This document shows, in pieces, positions 13,700 through 25,290 of a DNA stretch of 64,000 bases (position 1 is the stretch's first letter; the number at the start of each line of letters is the position of its first letter). The translations under genes were made by a program, and so were the position numbers. Below the pieces are notes generated by a model. That model did not search any database. It worked only from the letters and a program-made list of their open reading frames with translations, and had not been told where the DNA came from. Source of the DNA: Ginglymostoma cirratum (taxonomy: Eukaryota); NCBI GenBank assembly GCA_024137785.1, contig JAHRHZ010000115.1, positions 1,010,293-1,074,292 of the forward strand, in the 5' to 3' direction.

Positions 13700-13850
13700 A
13701 CAAAGTCAGAAGTCACACAACACCAAGTTTTAGTCCAACAGGTTTATTTGAAATCACAAGCTTTCGGAGTGCTGATCCCTCTTTGGGCAAAGGCAACCAG
13801 TTACCTTTGGACTTTATCCACCCCAGTCCAACACCGACACCTTCAAACGA
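13700..13850 (-). mobile_element. Pseudo-LTR remnant of a further Penelope family (GAAAGCUU type)
   Basis: CTCCGAAAGCTTGTGATTTCAAATAAACCTGTTGGAC on -. The CUGANGA half is decayed. Confidence 0.5.
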
Positions 13851-13873
13851 TGGACTGAAAACAGCGACATCTC

Positions 13874-13946
13874 CACCCCAGGTGGTCTCAAACCACCAAC
13901 CTTTCAGTTAACAGCTAAACACTCTGACCAATTGCTCCACACAGCC
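13874..13946 (-). pseudogene. tRNA-Asn(GTT) pseudogene
   Basis: GCTGTTAACTGAAAGGTTGGTGGTTTGAGACCACC on the - strand matches tRNA-Asn with CpG transitions. Confidence 0.8.
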
Positions 13947-15670
13947 TGGTGACCCAGATGCTTGCATGATTCCTAAAAGCTTTTGGCATGCTAGCTTTCA
14001 TCGGTCAGAGCATTGTGTATTGGAATTGGGACATGTCATTGCAGCTGTACATGACATTGCTGAGGCCACATTTGGATTACTGCATGCAGTTCTGGTTGTC
14101 CTATTATAGAAAGGGTATTATTAAACTAGAAAGAGTCTGACCCCACCCATTGCAGCCACATTCATGTCATTGGGAACCAGCTCTCTTCCAAACAGGGATG
14201 ACTCCCTTTGATCCTCCATGGATGAATATCTTCATTAACACCTTTATTACTTGTTGTATCAATTTAATCAAATCACCTCACCAGTCCTTCAAAAACATGG
14301 AGCTATTTCTTGAATTTCTCAGCACAGGGTATTACATCACATAAGCCTGAATCAAACTCCACATTCTTACTGAATCAGGATCTACACTCAAGTATTAAAT
14401 GCAAGGGTGAGATTGAGAACTGATGATTATAAGTATGATGCCCACCTCAATGTAATGAGTTCTTACCCTCATCCTTGCTTTATATATTTTCAAACATAAT
14501 AACTGGCCTTAAAGCCTGAAGCCTCCTGTAAATTTGAACACACTGAAAGGTCTCCCTTCCGAAACCCCTCTTCCCTCAACACCATCACCCACCTCCACCT
14601 CCCCCCAACCCCATCTTCCTTCAAGGCACTCTTAAAAATCAGCATTGCTTTCCTTAATACCTCATGTCACTCAGTGTCTATTTTTATTCAATAAAACCCT
14701 TTGGGACACGTTATTATGTTAAAGGCACAATATACATTAAGGCCAATTGCTGTTATTCCTTAATTTCCTCCAAGACCTCTCTGCGCAATGTTCTAAAGGT
14801 CAGATTATCTCTTTGGCTCAGTTTGTCCCTGATTTCTCTTCCATTCAAGACCTCCACTGCCCAAATCTTGAGGTACCATGAATTTTTTGAGCTACCAGTT
14901 GACCTAAATCACTACGTGCATTCTTCATTTTTGAACTGCAACTTCTGCCAAGTGTTAGTGAGAAATGGAAGTGAGGGGTGGGGCGGAGCACTGGGATAAA
15001 AAAAAATGCAACACACTGAGCTAGAAGAGCAGGAAGATACTTACAAATTATAGGGCCTTGGTCTCTCGAACCCCTTGTCTCGCTTCTTCCCATTCACGTT
15101 AGTTGAGCCACGCACACCGCTCTCACTCCAGGTTAACTGTCATTTCTCACTGATGAGTCTCTCAAGCAGGTGGAGTGACAGCGTTTGTCATTCAAACACC
15201 CACCTCGAGCCTGTGCCCAGGACTAGGCTCTCTCTCAGTAGCTGGGCTGGCACTGGCACACTGTCAGCATCACCCCTTCACTACATCACGTGCCTACCAA
15301 ATGAGTGAGAGGGGGGAGAGAGCGAGAGATAGTTTGTTACATTTGCCAATTTGACAGATAAACCTGATATTTTCCCCTTGCATTTGAATATAGAGCTAAC
15401 TAATCTAATTCTTAAGAAAGGTTATGAAACTTAAAATGTTAAACCTGTTTCTCTCTTAACAGACGCTGCCAGATCTGTTGTATTTCCCCAGCAATTTTTA
15501 GGGGGAAAGATAAAAACTACAGCAACAGATTGCACACAAAGCAGAGTTGTTTGATGTTTATGCAGAATGTTAACACTTCAGCTCGGCTGGACCTGAACAT
15601 CAGCAGAAACAACCATAATGAACATAATTCAGTACAAGATTTGACTAACAGCAAAATCCAATCACAGTGG

Positions 15671-16336
15671 TTACTTGTGAATTTGCTGGTGTGTCAGGAG
15701 GTAGGACGACCGAGTGAATCCCCTCCCACACTCTGAGCAGGTGAATGGTCTCTCCCCCGAGTGAACTCGCTGGTGTGTCAGCAGAGTGGATGACTGAGTG
15801 AATCTCCTCCCACACTCGGAGCAAATGAATGGTCTTTCCCCAGTGTGAGTCCTCAGGTGTATAGTAAGTTCAGATGATGTTTTGAACCCAGTCCTGCAGT
15901 GAGAGCACCTGAACGGTTTCTCATCAGTGTGAACACGTTGATGGTACATCAGTTCCTGCGAGCTTTTAAAGCACATTCCACACCCTGAACATTTAAAAGG
16001 TCTCTCGTCAGTGTGAATGCGTTGGTGTATCAGAAGGTTGGATAACTGAGTGCATCCTTTCCCACACTTGAGGCAGGTGAATGGCTTCTCCCCAGTGTGA
16101 CTGCGCTGATGCCTTTTGAGGTCAGATGGGTAATTGAATCCCTTCCCACAGTCACCACATTTCCACAATTTCTCTCTGTTGCGAGTACATTTGTGTCTGG
16201 ACAGGCCAGATGGTTGGCTGAAGCTTCGTCCACACAAAGAACACCTGAGCGGTTTCTCTCCACTGTGGATGGTGCTATCTCCTTCCATGTTCAAAATCCA
16301 GTAATTATCGAATGACAAAAAATTGGGTGACTTCAT
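15671..16336 (-). CDS. C2H2 zinc-finger protein, 6 canonical fingers plus 1 degenerate N-terminal finger
   Basis: 221-aa ORF with family start [13 protein letters not shown] (ATG at 16288). Acceptor-like ttcacAG lies at ~16398. Confidence 0.88.
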   Translation of the reverse strand: MKSPNFLSFDNYWILNMEGDSTIHSGEKPLRCSLCGRSFSQPSGLSRHKCTRNREKLWKCGDCGKGFNYPSDLKRHQRSHTGEKPFTCLKCGKGCTQLSNLLIHQRIHTDERPFKCSGCGMCFKSSQELMYHQRVHTDEKPFRCSHCRTGFKTSSELTIHLRTHTGERPFICSECGRRFTQSSTLLTHQRVHSGERPFTCSECGRGFTRSSYLLTHQQIHK

Positions 16337-17092
16337 CAGATCCTGATGTGATGTTTAGTTTGAGTTTTTTGACAGCAAGCCACCTGCTTCTAATCTCCTG
16401 TGAAATTGATTTGAAATAGAAAACGGAGTGAGAGAAGCAACAAAAAATTTGAGAGCACTCTGTGAAACTGAGCTGAATGAATCTGGCTGTTTGTGGGGTC
16501 GGCATTAAAAAGAAAACACAACTGGTTCACTGATGTCCATCAGAGAAGAAATTTTGACACCCGGACTAGACATCCGCAAGAATCTGACCTCAATGGGAAG
16601 AAATATCATTCTGGGAAGGGGACACTTGCAGCTAAGAGTAATTCACAGCCTTTTTATCAGCATTCAGTGTGAAAGGTTATAGCCTCTGGAAAATTACCTG
16701 GAGGGGCTACTTCCTTGCTCTCTTGTTCATGTGTAATCTACTCAAACTAATAAAACTGCAAATCAGCAACAAAGTTTGAGAAAATCATGGGAACATTCCA
16801 AACTAAAAGAGACTTAGTTCCCCAGCGTCCATGAAACATTCTGTACCTTGAGTGTCCACTGGTTGTGGAAGGTTTTCAACTGTGTGCTGGACACTGCATA
16901 CTTTCTCTCCACAGACACCCAGGCACAGACACAATGATGGAAGAGAAGCCTGCAGGAAAATAAAATTAAGGCACAATCAGATAAGCCATGATCTTATTGA
17001 AAGGCAGAGCAGGCTTGATGGGCCAAATAGCTTATTCATGCTCCTTTATCAACTGTTGAGGTTGGTTGGCTCGCTGAGCTGGTTTGTTGTTT

Positions 17093-17134
17093 TGCAGACG
17101 TTTCGTTACCATGCTTGGTAACATCCTCAGTGCA
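17093..17134 (-). ncRNA. Minimal type I hammerhead ribozyme motif, intact
   Basis: UGCA-CUGAGGA-U-GUUACCA(AGCA)UGGUAAC-GAAACGUC-UGCA: 4-bp stem I, 7-bp stem II and palindromic ACGU stem III. Confidence 0.85.
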
Positions 17135-17839
17135 GCCTCCGATGAAGCATCTATTTAAAAGGGCAACAACACACTGCAGCAACGTGGAACGACACCAAGA
17201 AGAAGACGAATGCCTCTTCCAAGTGTTCAAGGCTAATGGATATCCAAAAAAACTGGGTCAGAAGACACCTACATGAACAGCATCAGAAAGATTCTACACG
17301 CCCCGAAACACTAATCACACTACCCTACATCAGGAACACGTCGGAACTCACCACAAGACTCCTACGACCGCTGGGCATCAGAATGGCACACAAGCCCACG
17401 TCAACCCTACGACAATTGCTCACCTGAACTGAAGACCCACTCCCTGCCATAGACAGGACCAATGTCATCTCCAAAATCCCCTGCAGAGACTGTGAAAAAC
17501 ACCATATCAGAATAAGGAAAGAGACTAACAACAAGAGTACACGAACACCAACTGGCTACAAAAAGACACGACCAATACTCATTCATCTCAATCCACATGG
17601 ACAAGGAGAACCATGACTTCGACTGGGTCAACACCAAGATCTTGGGACAGGCTATGCAGAGACATGCACGAGAATTCCTGGAAGCACAGCACTCCATGAA
17701 ACATGCTATTAATATACATGTTGAACTCGACCCCATATACATTCCACTACGAAGGAAAACCGAAGTGAGGCAGTCCATCTCAACGGATCCCAGAGTTTAA
17801 AAACCAGGCGGGAAAACACACCAATGCTTCATCAGAGGC

Positions 17840-17881
17840 TGCACTGAGGATGTTACCAAGCATGGTAACGAAACGTCCGCA
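17840..17881 (+). ncRNA. Minimal hammerhead ribozyme motif
   Basis: Same as 17093-17134 apart from one stem I mismatch (CGCA). Confidence 0.8.
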
Positions 17882-18349
17882 AAACAACAAACCAGCTCGG
17901 CGAGCCAACCAACCTCAACATCCATAACCCGAGCTACAGATCTACTGCAAAATCCTTTATCAACTGTTTAGCCAGAGTGATCCTTCCCGTGAACACTGTC
18001 CATTCGCATCCTACAATTTACTGTTTTAACTGGTGAGATGGTCCTCAAACTTACACATGCCCTCCACACTGTACAGATGAATGTAAGCAGCATCGGGAAG
18101 AAGCGTCATCAGACTTTAAACAGCTGCTCCTTCAGGTAACTGTATAGAGGTTTTAACCTGTCACAATGTGTATGTACATGCCCCAGGGCCTCTTCTCCAA
18201 CGCAAACATCGTCCGCATTCTGAGAAGCTGCTGATAAACTTGTTGGCTATGAACTCTCACAACCCAGGCATTAGGGCCTGATTTGAAAAAGTTAGCCATG
18301 AAACTATGCCCACTTCCTTAAAGTCCACTTAGTACTCACATACCACTCC

Positions 18350-19200
18350 ACCAACCTCCAAATACAATGCATCATCCTCTGTCATTTCTGCCACCTAGTA
18401 TCAGACCCAGCTACAAAACGATATTTCCCTCCTACCCCGTCCACTTTTCATAGGGACTGTTCACTCCATGACTCCCTCGTCAGCTCCATACTCTCCACCA
18501 ACCCCTCCACCACACCCAATACCATTCCCTGCAACTGGAGGTGCAACACCCGCCCCTACATCTCCCCTTTCCCCTCTGTCCCATGCCCCAAACAATCCTT
18601 CCAAATCCAGCAGAGATTCACCTACACTTCATCTCACCTCATCTACTGCATCTGTTGCGCCTGATGTCACTTCTATATCACGCAGTCCAAACACAGACTC
18701 AGAGACCGGTGCGTGGAGCATCTACGCTCTGCGTGCACCAACAAACTCGTCCTTCCAGTTGCCATCCACGTTAACTCCCCCTCCCACTCCCCTGATGATA
18801 TGTCCATCCTTGGCCTCCTCCACTGTCAGAGTGAGGCCAAGCATAAACTGGAGGAACAACATTTATTTCACCTTGGGAGTTTACAGCCCAATGACCTGAA
18901 TATTGACTTCGCCAGTTACAAAATCTCTCCATCCCCAACCTGTCCATCTTCCTTCTAACACATCCACTCCACCCTTCCTACTGACCAACCACAATAAGCC
19001 CCTACCTGCATCCACCTATCCCTGTCTCACCTATCCTCACCCCCTCCCTCTATTTATTTCTAGGTTTCCCTCCCACTTCCCAGTCCTGGTGAAGGGTTCC
19101 TGCCCAAAGCGTTGACTTCCCTGCTCCTTGGATGATGTCTGGCCTGCTGTGTTTTTCCAGCTCCACATTTATTGACTCTAAATTCCAGCATCTGCAAACC
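18350..19200 (+). mobile_element. Degraded Penelope-like element (Neptune-type) 3-prime end with pseudo-LTR
   Basis: GIY-YIG tail (PVAIHVNSPSHS...LGLLHCQ...KLEEQHL) and a decayed hammerhead at 19085-19115. Confidence 0.75.
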
Positions 19201-19229
19201 TTTCTGATTCCAAGTCATTGCGTCAACAA

Positions 19230-19640
19230 ATCGTTATGCATGCGCCGTGTTCACAGTAGATCCATGATGGTGGCAATTCAGCAGGTATTGATCCGTAGAA
19301 AATGCCCCAGCAACAGAAACCGTGTAATTGCAGATTGTTAATCAAGGTTTGAGGTACTTAGTAAAGGTTTTAAAAACACACCCCACCCCCCGACTGACTT
19401 CAGTGCTCCCGCAGCCTCACCACTTGCAGGTCAAAACAGAAACAGCGTCTCTGCCCATTGTCATCACACTTAATGTGCATGCTTCAGAGATTAGCTGGGG
19501 CTATGCCTGCGCACTGCTCGCCCGTGTCCTACTTAGGGCACATTTACCAACGCGGGGCATGGTGGATAATGATACCGACATTGGTTATTTGCGATTTCTT
19601 GGGTGTGATGGGAGTGACGCGGATGGCAATCAATACAATT
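19230..19640. promoter_or_regulatory. CpG-enriched probable bidirectional promoter
   Basis: GCATGCGC at ~19238 and GCCTGCGCA at ~19505, between divergent ZNF copies (16.3 kb - and 21.6 kb +). Confidence 0.5.
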
Positions 19641-20867
19641 AGGAAGCAAACTATACTGGACTATATGTACCTAGAACATAGGTACATTTCCACAGATGCT
19701 ACAGACCTGCTGAGTTTTTTTTTCCACAGCATTGTTTGCCCCACGTTTCCAGCATCCAAAATAGTTTGCTTTTCTACTGGAGTAGTGGTTGTGTAAAGAA
19801 CAGTGCAGGGCAAGGGTTCCTAGAGCGTTTTCAGGAAAGTTGTCACGAGCAATGTGTACCCAATCTCAAAGAGAAAGGTTCTCTAAACCAGCTTCTTGCG
19901 CAATGAAGTGAGTCAAGTGTTAGTGGAGGATATTTAGGGTACAGTAATCAGACATTCAATTAGTAAAGGGAATAAGGTTTCTGGGATAAGGCATGCAAGA
20001 GATAAGGCGTGTATCGGATCAGTCATGATCTCAATGAATGCTGGAGCAGACTTGAAGGGCTGAATGGCCAAATTCTGCTTATCACATGGTCTTATGAAAT
20101 TAAAGTAAAAGAAACGCATTTATGACAGATGTTAGGTCAAAATAAAATTTAGAACGAGGTACAATGAAGAAGGTCCAGAGGGAAGGTGAAATACAAATAA
20201 GTAAAAAGGGATTGTGACAAGAAACTGGCAGTCAATATGTTAGAAAATCCTAAAAGTCTTAGTTAGGCATTCAAATTGTAATGGGAAGGCAAAATATAGA
20301 ACAAGGCTCATTAGGGACCAAAAAAAATGCAATTTACACATGCAAGCAGAATCACTGCTGAATTATTAAATAAGTACTTTGAATTTGTCATTCCCAAAGA
20401 AGAATTTGCTGAGGTCACGTTAAACATGAGTTAGTTCAGGCACTTAAAGGGTTTAAAATTCATAAGATTTTAAAGTAAACATGGATATGGCATCAGGTTT
20501 GAATGAGATATATCCAAGGACAATAAGGGAAGTGAGAGTGGAATTTGTCAAGACGTTGCTGTAATGATTTAAGCTTCTTCAGATCTAGGGGAGGTGCCAG
20601 AAGCTGGAGAACTGCAATCATTCGACCTTGTTCAAAAAAGCTTTTGAAGAGAAGTCCAGCAACAACAGGCCAGTCAGTTTTACTTGACTGATGGGGAAAT
20701 TTCTGGAAATAATTTATATACCCTCTATAGGTCAGCGAGCACAGCCTCTACAGAGGATGGTTTCCCATCACCAAGCCAGCCTTTATGTACACATGAACAG
20801 CTCTTGAATATAGACTCAGAGACTCAAACATCAGAGTATTAGCATCTCTGAAACTCACCTTTATATG

Positions 20868-21006
20868 AAGTTCTGAGGAAGGGTCACCGGACCTGAAATG
20901 TTAACTCTGATTTTTTTCCTTCACAGATGCTGCCATACCTGCCAAGCTTTTTCAGCAACCTAATTTTTGTTCTTGATTTACAGCATCCACAGTTCTTTTG
21001 GTTTTT
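20868..21006 (+). mobile_element. ~140-bp hammerhead-bearing non-coding mini-element
   Basis: AGTT-CTGAGGA-AG-GGTC(ACCG)GACC-T-GAAATGTT-AACT at 20869-20906. TSD ACTCACCTTT(T)ATATG at 20853 and 21007. Confidence 0.8.
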
Positions 21007-21609
21007 ACTCACCTTTTATATGTCAGTCAGAGATCTGTCATTGGATCAGATTAACAGCTCCAATCTAGGAACTTGTATTCTATGAGGTTGAGAGTGCTGA
21101 CGTCCTAACACTCTCTACAGGAGCGGCAGCTAAGTAAGACTTGTTGTGAGTGCACAGCCTGTAGTATGTTTGAAAGCCTCAAGGTTATGGCAAACTGGAA
21201 TGTGGAAGACTGGCTTGGAGTGCCTGAGGTTAGCTAAATTTAACACTAACAAAAGAATGGATGAATTTTCAGAATCATTCAGCTGAATTTCACACAGTCT
21301 GCCTTCATGGTTTTGTGACTTCTCTCCTAATCCCTTTTTCTGTTTTAAATCCATTTCACAGAAAGAGACAATATGAAATTGGCATTCCAATTCAAACATC
21401 CAATTAGGATAAAAGCCAAATCCCACACATTTGCAAAACTGTCATCGAAATAGAAAATACTGGGGAAACTGAACAGGTCTGGTTGCATCAGCAGAGAGAG
21501 AAAAAGTTAACATTTTGAGTTCATTATGACTGTTCTTCAGAAGGGGATCACACTTGGATTTGATGGAATTGCCCAATTTATCACAAGTGGAAAATCCTTG
21601 GATTTTAAA

Positions 21610-22150
21610 CATGGAAGGAAAAAAAAAAAAAAAAAAAAAAAAAACGCCATTCACAGAGGAGAGAAACTGCATGTGTTCTGTGTATTGACAAGGGTTCAGA
21701 CAATCATCTGGCCTATTGAAACATGAGTGGACTCATGTTGGGGAGAAACTGTGGAAAAGTGGACTTCAAGGAGGCATTCAGTTACATTTCTGATCTGGAA
21801 ATTCACCAACGTGGTCACACTGAAAATGGCCATTTATCTGATCCATATGTGGAAGGGATTCATTCAATTGTCCACCAATTGCTGATGCACCAACGAATTC
21901 ATGCTGACCCTTACAAATACCAACATTGTGGGGACTGCCACAAATGTTTCAGCCAACTGATTTCCCATCTGTGTGTTCACACTAACAAGAAACCCTTTAA
22001 ATGTTCATTTTGTAGGAAGGATTTCAAAAGTTCTGGGCAACTGATACATCACCAAAGTATTAAACTGAGGAGAGACAGTTCAAGTGCTCTCACAGTGGGA
22101 CTGGGTTCAGCTGACCATATGATCTCCATGCCTATATTCATCAGGGTCAA
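21610..22150 (+). pseudogene. Decayed C2H2 ZNF gene
   Basis: ATGGAAGG start followed by a poly-A run, then frameshifted finger remnants (HQRGH, HQRIH, FKCSFCRKDF). Confidence 0.8.
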
Positions 22151-23339
22151 TTTCTGCTGATGTTTAACTCAGCCACAGGTGCTAAGATTTGCCAAAATAA
22201 ATCAGCTGTGTCCAACATATAGTATGCCTAAACCTTTGACATTCTTGATACTTCACTTTGAAAGGGCCCCTCTCTCTGTTGCTTCAATGAATTGTTACCG
22301 AGATTGAGACAATCCAATCAGCTACTTCTACTTCTTCCTCCCCTGCCATCAGCGCAGTGGACACACTCACTCAAAATTCCTTTTTGTTTGAGATTTGCTC
22401 TGGCTTCTCTATTTTGTATCATGCCCTATCAGAGATTATCTTGTCCATGAGACCTCCCTCTTGCTGCTTCCACCCGATTCTCACACTACTGTGAACTACA
22501 GCTTCCCTGAGTTCGCTGATATTATTAATGTACACTCCTGTCTTCTGGTTCTGTCATTCTAACCTTTAATTCAATCATCATCACCCATCAGCAGAAAAAC
22601 ACCCTTGAACTTATTATCCTAGCAAATGACCGACCTCCATTTCATCTCTAATTTGCTCGGACTAGGCGTTGCCCAAAGATTGATGCTTGGCCCCTCTTAT
22701 TTCTCATCTCCACACTGCCCCAAGATGATATCATACCAGATGTACAGTGTTAACTTTCACACAAACATTGACAACTCCCAGCTCTGCCTCATTACCGTCC
22801 CTCTCCCTGTGAACCCCAAGATGAGTTTCTGGTCACACATACAAACTATCGCTGACACCAGATATTTTGCTCTCCAGAACATCGCCCATTGCCATCTCAC
22901 CACAGCTCATTGGCTGCTGAAACGCTCACCCATGCGAGTGTTGCCTTTTGACTTGACAATTTCAATGCATTCCCGACCAGCCTATCTCATTCAGTCCAAT
23001 TTCATGCTGAACTGTGAGATCAGCTGAAACTCTGCTGCCCAAGTCCTTCGCTGAACATCTTGCCCCTCCCCACCCCACCCCTCGCTCCTGATTAAAGCTG
23101 CTCATGAGGATCTGCCTCTTGGATTTGCGACTTCCCAATCAACAATGGCTGCTGTGAAACTCGGACTAACATCTGACAGCTGTGAGGTCTCTATAAATCC
23201 CTGTGTAGCCTAATGGACTGTCCTTTGAGGCCCCGCTGTTGCTGCAAAACAAGCCTGGATGGAAGTTTATAAACATCAGTACTCACAGAACTCAATGAGC
23301 AGAGTCAAGTCCTAGATATTTCTAACAGCAAAGTTCCTA

Positions 23340-24040
23340 CCACTACAGTTGCTGGTGAACACTTTGGTGCCTCAGCATGTGGGATGATTATGAAAATGTA
23401 TTCCCATACTCAGAGAACATGAACAGTTTCTCCCCAGTGTAAGTGTGCCAGTGTCTAAGACCGGTGTGTTTCTGATTAAAGCCCTTCCCACATGTGAAAC
23501 GGCCTGTGACCACTGTGAATTTGCTGTTGGACAGAGGGGTCTGATGATCATCTGACAATCGTCTCACAGAGAGAGCAATGTAATGGTTTCTCGTCAGTGC
23601 AAACACGTGGATGGGACATCAGCTGCCCAGAACATTTACAGCACTTCCCACACTCAGAGCATTGATAAGGACTCTCACCAGTGTGGACTAGCTGGTGTCC
23701 CAGCCAGTGGGATATTGACTGAATTCCTTCCCACACCTGGCACCGATAAATTTCCTGCCTTGCTGGAACAATGAAACCCTTCCCACAGTCACCACATTTC
23801 CACAGCTTCTCCCTGTTGAGACTGCATTTGTGTTCTGACAGGTCAGATGATCAGCTGAAACCCTGTCCACACATTGAACACATGTACAGTTTGTCTCTGC
23901 TGTGAAAGGTCATTTCTCCTTCCGTGTTCAAAATCTAAAGTTATTCTGGTTGCAAGAAATTGGGCGAATCCTTCAGATTCTGATGTAATGTTTGGTTTGA
24001 GTTTCCCTGATTGCAAATCCTCCCTGTTTTGTACCATGAG
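23340..24040 (-). pseudogene. Decayed C2H2 ZNF gene
   Basis: Finger remnants in several frames (YQCSECGKC, HTYTGEKLF). Start codon is ACG. Family leader (NSNQTLHQ) is present. Confidence 0.8.
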
Positions 24041-25029
24041 AAACTGATTTCAAAGAGAAGAACAGAAATGAGAAGGAGAGAGAGCGCACAAAAACACAAA
24101 GGAAAGTTATGAAATTGAGCTGGATGAATCATTTGTGGGGCCAGCAGGAGGAGAAAGTGACCATGAAAGCTGCCAGACTACTGTAAAAGCCCAAAGGGTT
24201 CACTAATTTCCTTCAGGGAGGAACCTACACAAGTCTCTGTCTTTTCTGGGAGAACAAGAGAGGGATGAAGGTAGGAGCAGTAGGGAGCAATGGAGAAGGA
24301 CTTTATATCTCCAGAACACGACCAGAGCTTTGACAGAATCTCCAAAATCTTCACCTTCCATCTCCTGGAAGGACTGGAGCAGCAGGTGATTATGAACATA
24401 ATCACCTCCAGGTTCCCTCCATTCTGACACACTATCCTCAATTCTCAGGCATCAGGACTGGATGACCAGGACATCATATTTCACCTTAAGATGAACTTCC
24501 AACTATCCTCCTCCATTCCACCTCAAAGCACTCTGAGATCTCTGCTCCCCTCTAATTTCGGCACGCAGACAATCCTGATTTTAGAATTGCTGCACCATTG
24601 CTGGCCATGCTTTCAGCTGACACAGCCAAAAGCTCTGGAATTTGCTCTCTAACCTTTTCTGCCATCAACCTCACTTTCCTCCTTTACGATACATGTTAAA
24701 ATCTACCTTTGACCAAACACTTAGTTTCTGCCCTAATATCTCATTATGCGGCCCAGTGTCAAATGCTGCTTTTAACATTTTTCTGAACTGCCTAGTAACA
24801 GTCCAATATTTGATCGGCACTATGATAAATACAACTTGTTGATGTGAACACGTATCGCTGTTCCCTTGTCATCACGAGGTGAATAAGCTGTAACTCCTCA
24901 CCTCACAGCACTGGTCCAACTGTGTTTCCAGACTCAGCTGTTTATGTAACTCTCATATTTCCACATTTCTCCATGATGTGGGTGTCCTGTGTCTCTCCAG
25001 GTTAGATGACTGGTTGAAGTCTCACCATA

Positions 25030-25290
25030 CAGAATGTGTGATTGGTGTGATTTTGTGACTGATTAAAGCATTTTCCACAGTTATATCACTGAAATTCTCT
25101 TTCTCAGGAATGCATATCTCAGTGTTCCACACATTGGTGTTTGAAATCTTTTCCCTCAGACACAACAGAGAAGCATTTCTCCTTCCACATTCAAAAGCTG
25201 ATTGTATTCAGGTTCTGATGAATTTACTGACCCTGTCAGATCTTGATTTAATGTTTGGTTTGAGATTCCCATCTACCAATAATCGCCCTC
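25030..25290 (-). pseudogene. Remnant ZNF leader and first finger
   Basis: Family leader-like CTCAAACCAAACATTAAATCAAGATCTGACAG on the - strand, followed by a degenerate GKCF-like segment. Confidence 0.5.

Larger units (their letters stand above)
17058..17952 (+). mobile_element. Penelope-like element (Poseidon-type), 5-prime truncated, with inverted pseudo-LTR
   Basis: RT C-terminus/GIY-YIG remnant (LPYI..TSE, KIPCRDC, AREFLEA). 17055-17150 is inverted against 17825-17920. 16-bp TSD TCCTTTATCAACTGTT at 17042 and 17953. Confidence 0.9.

Noticed and set aside
12973-13946. Functional tRNA genes
   Set aside because: T-loop and acceptor-stem mutations, so they are called pseudogenes.
15150-15185. 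CTGATGA hammerhead-like or C/D-box-like motif
   Set aside because: No downstream stem II plus GAAA, and no terminal stem.
23130-23225. CCAAT plus TATAAAT followed by a tRNA-like GTGTAGCCTAATGGA
   Set aside because: No downstream ORF and no rest of a tRNA, so it may be chance.
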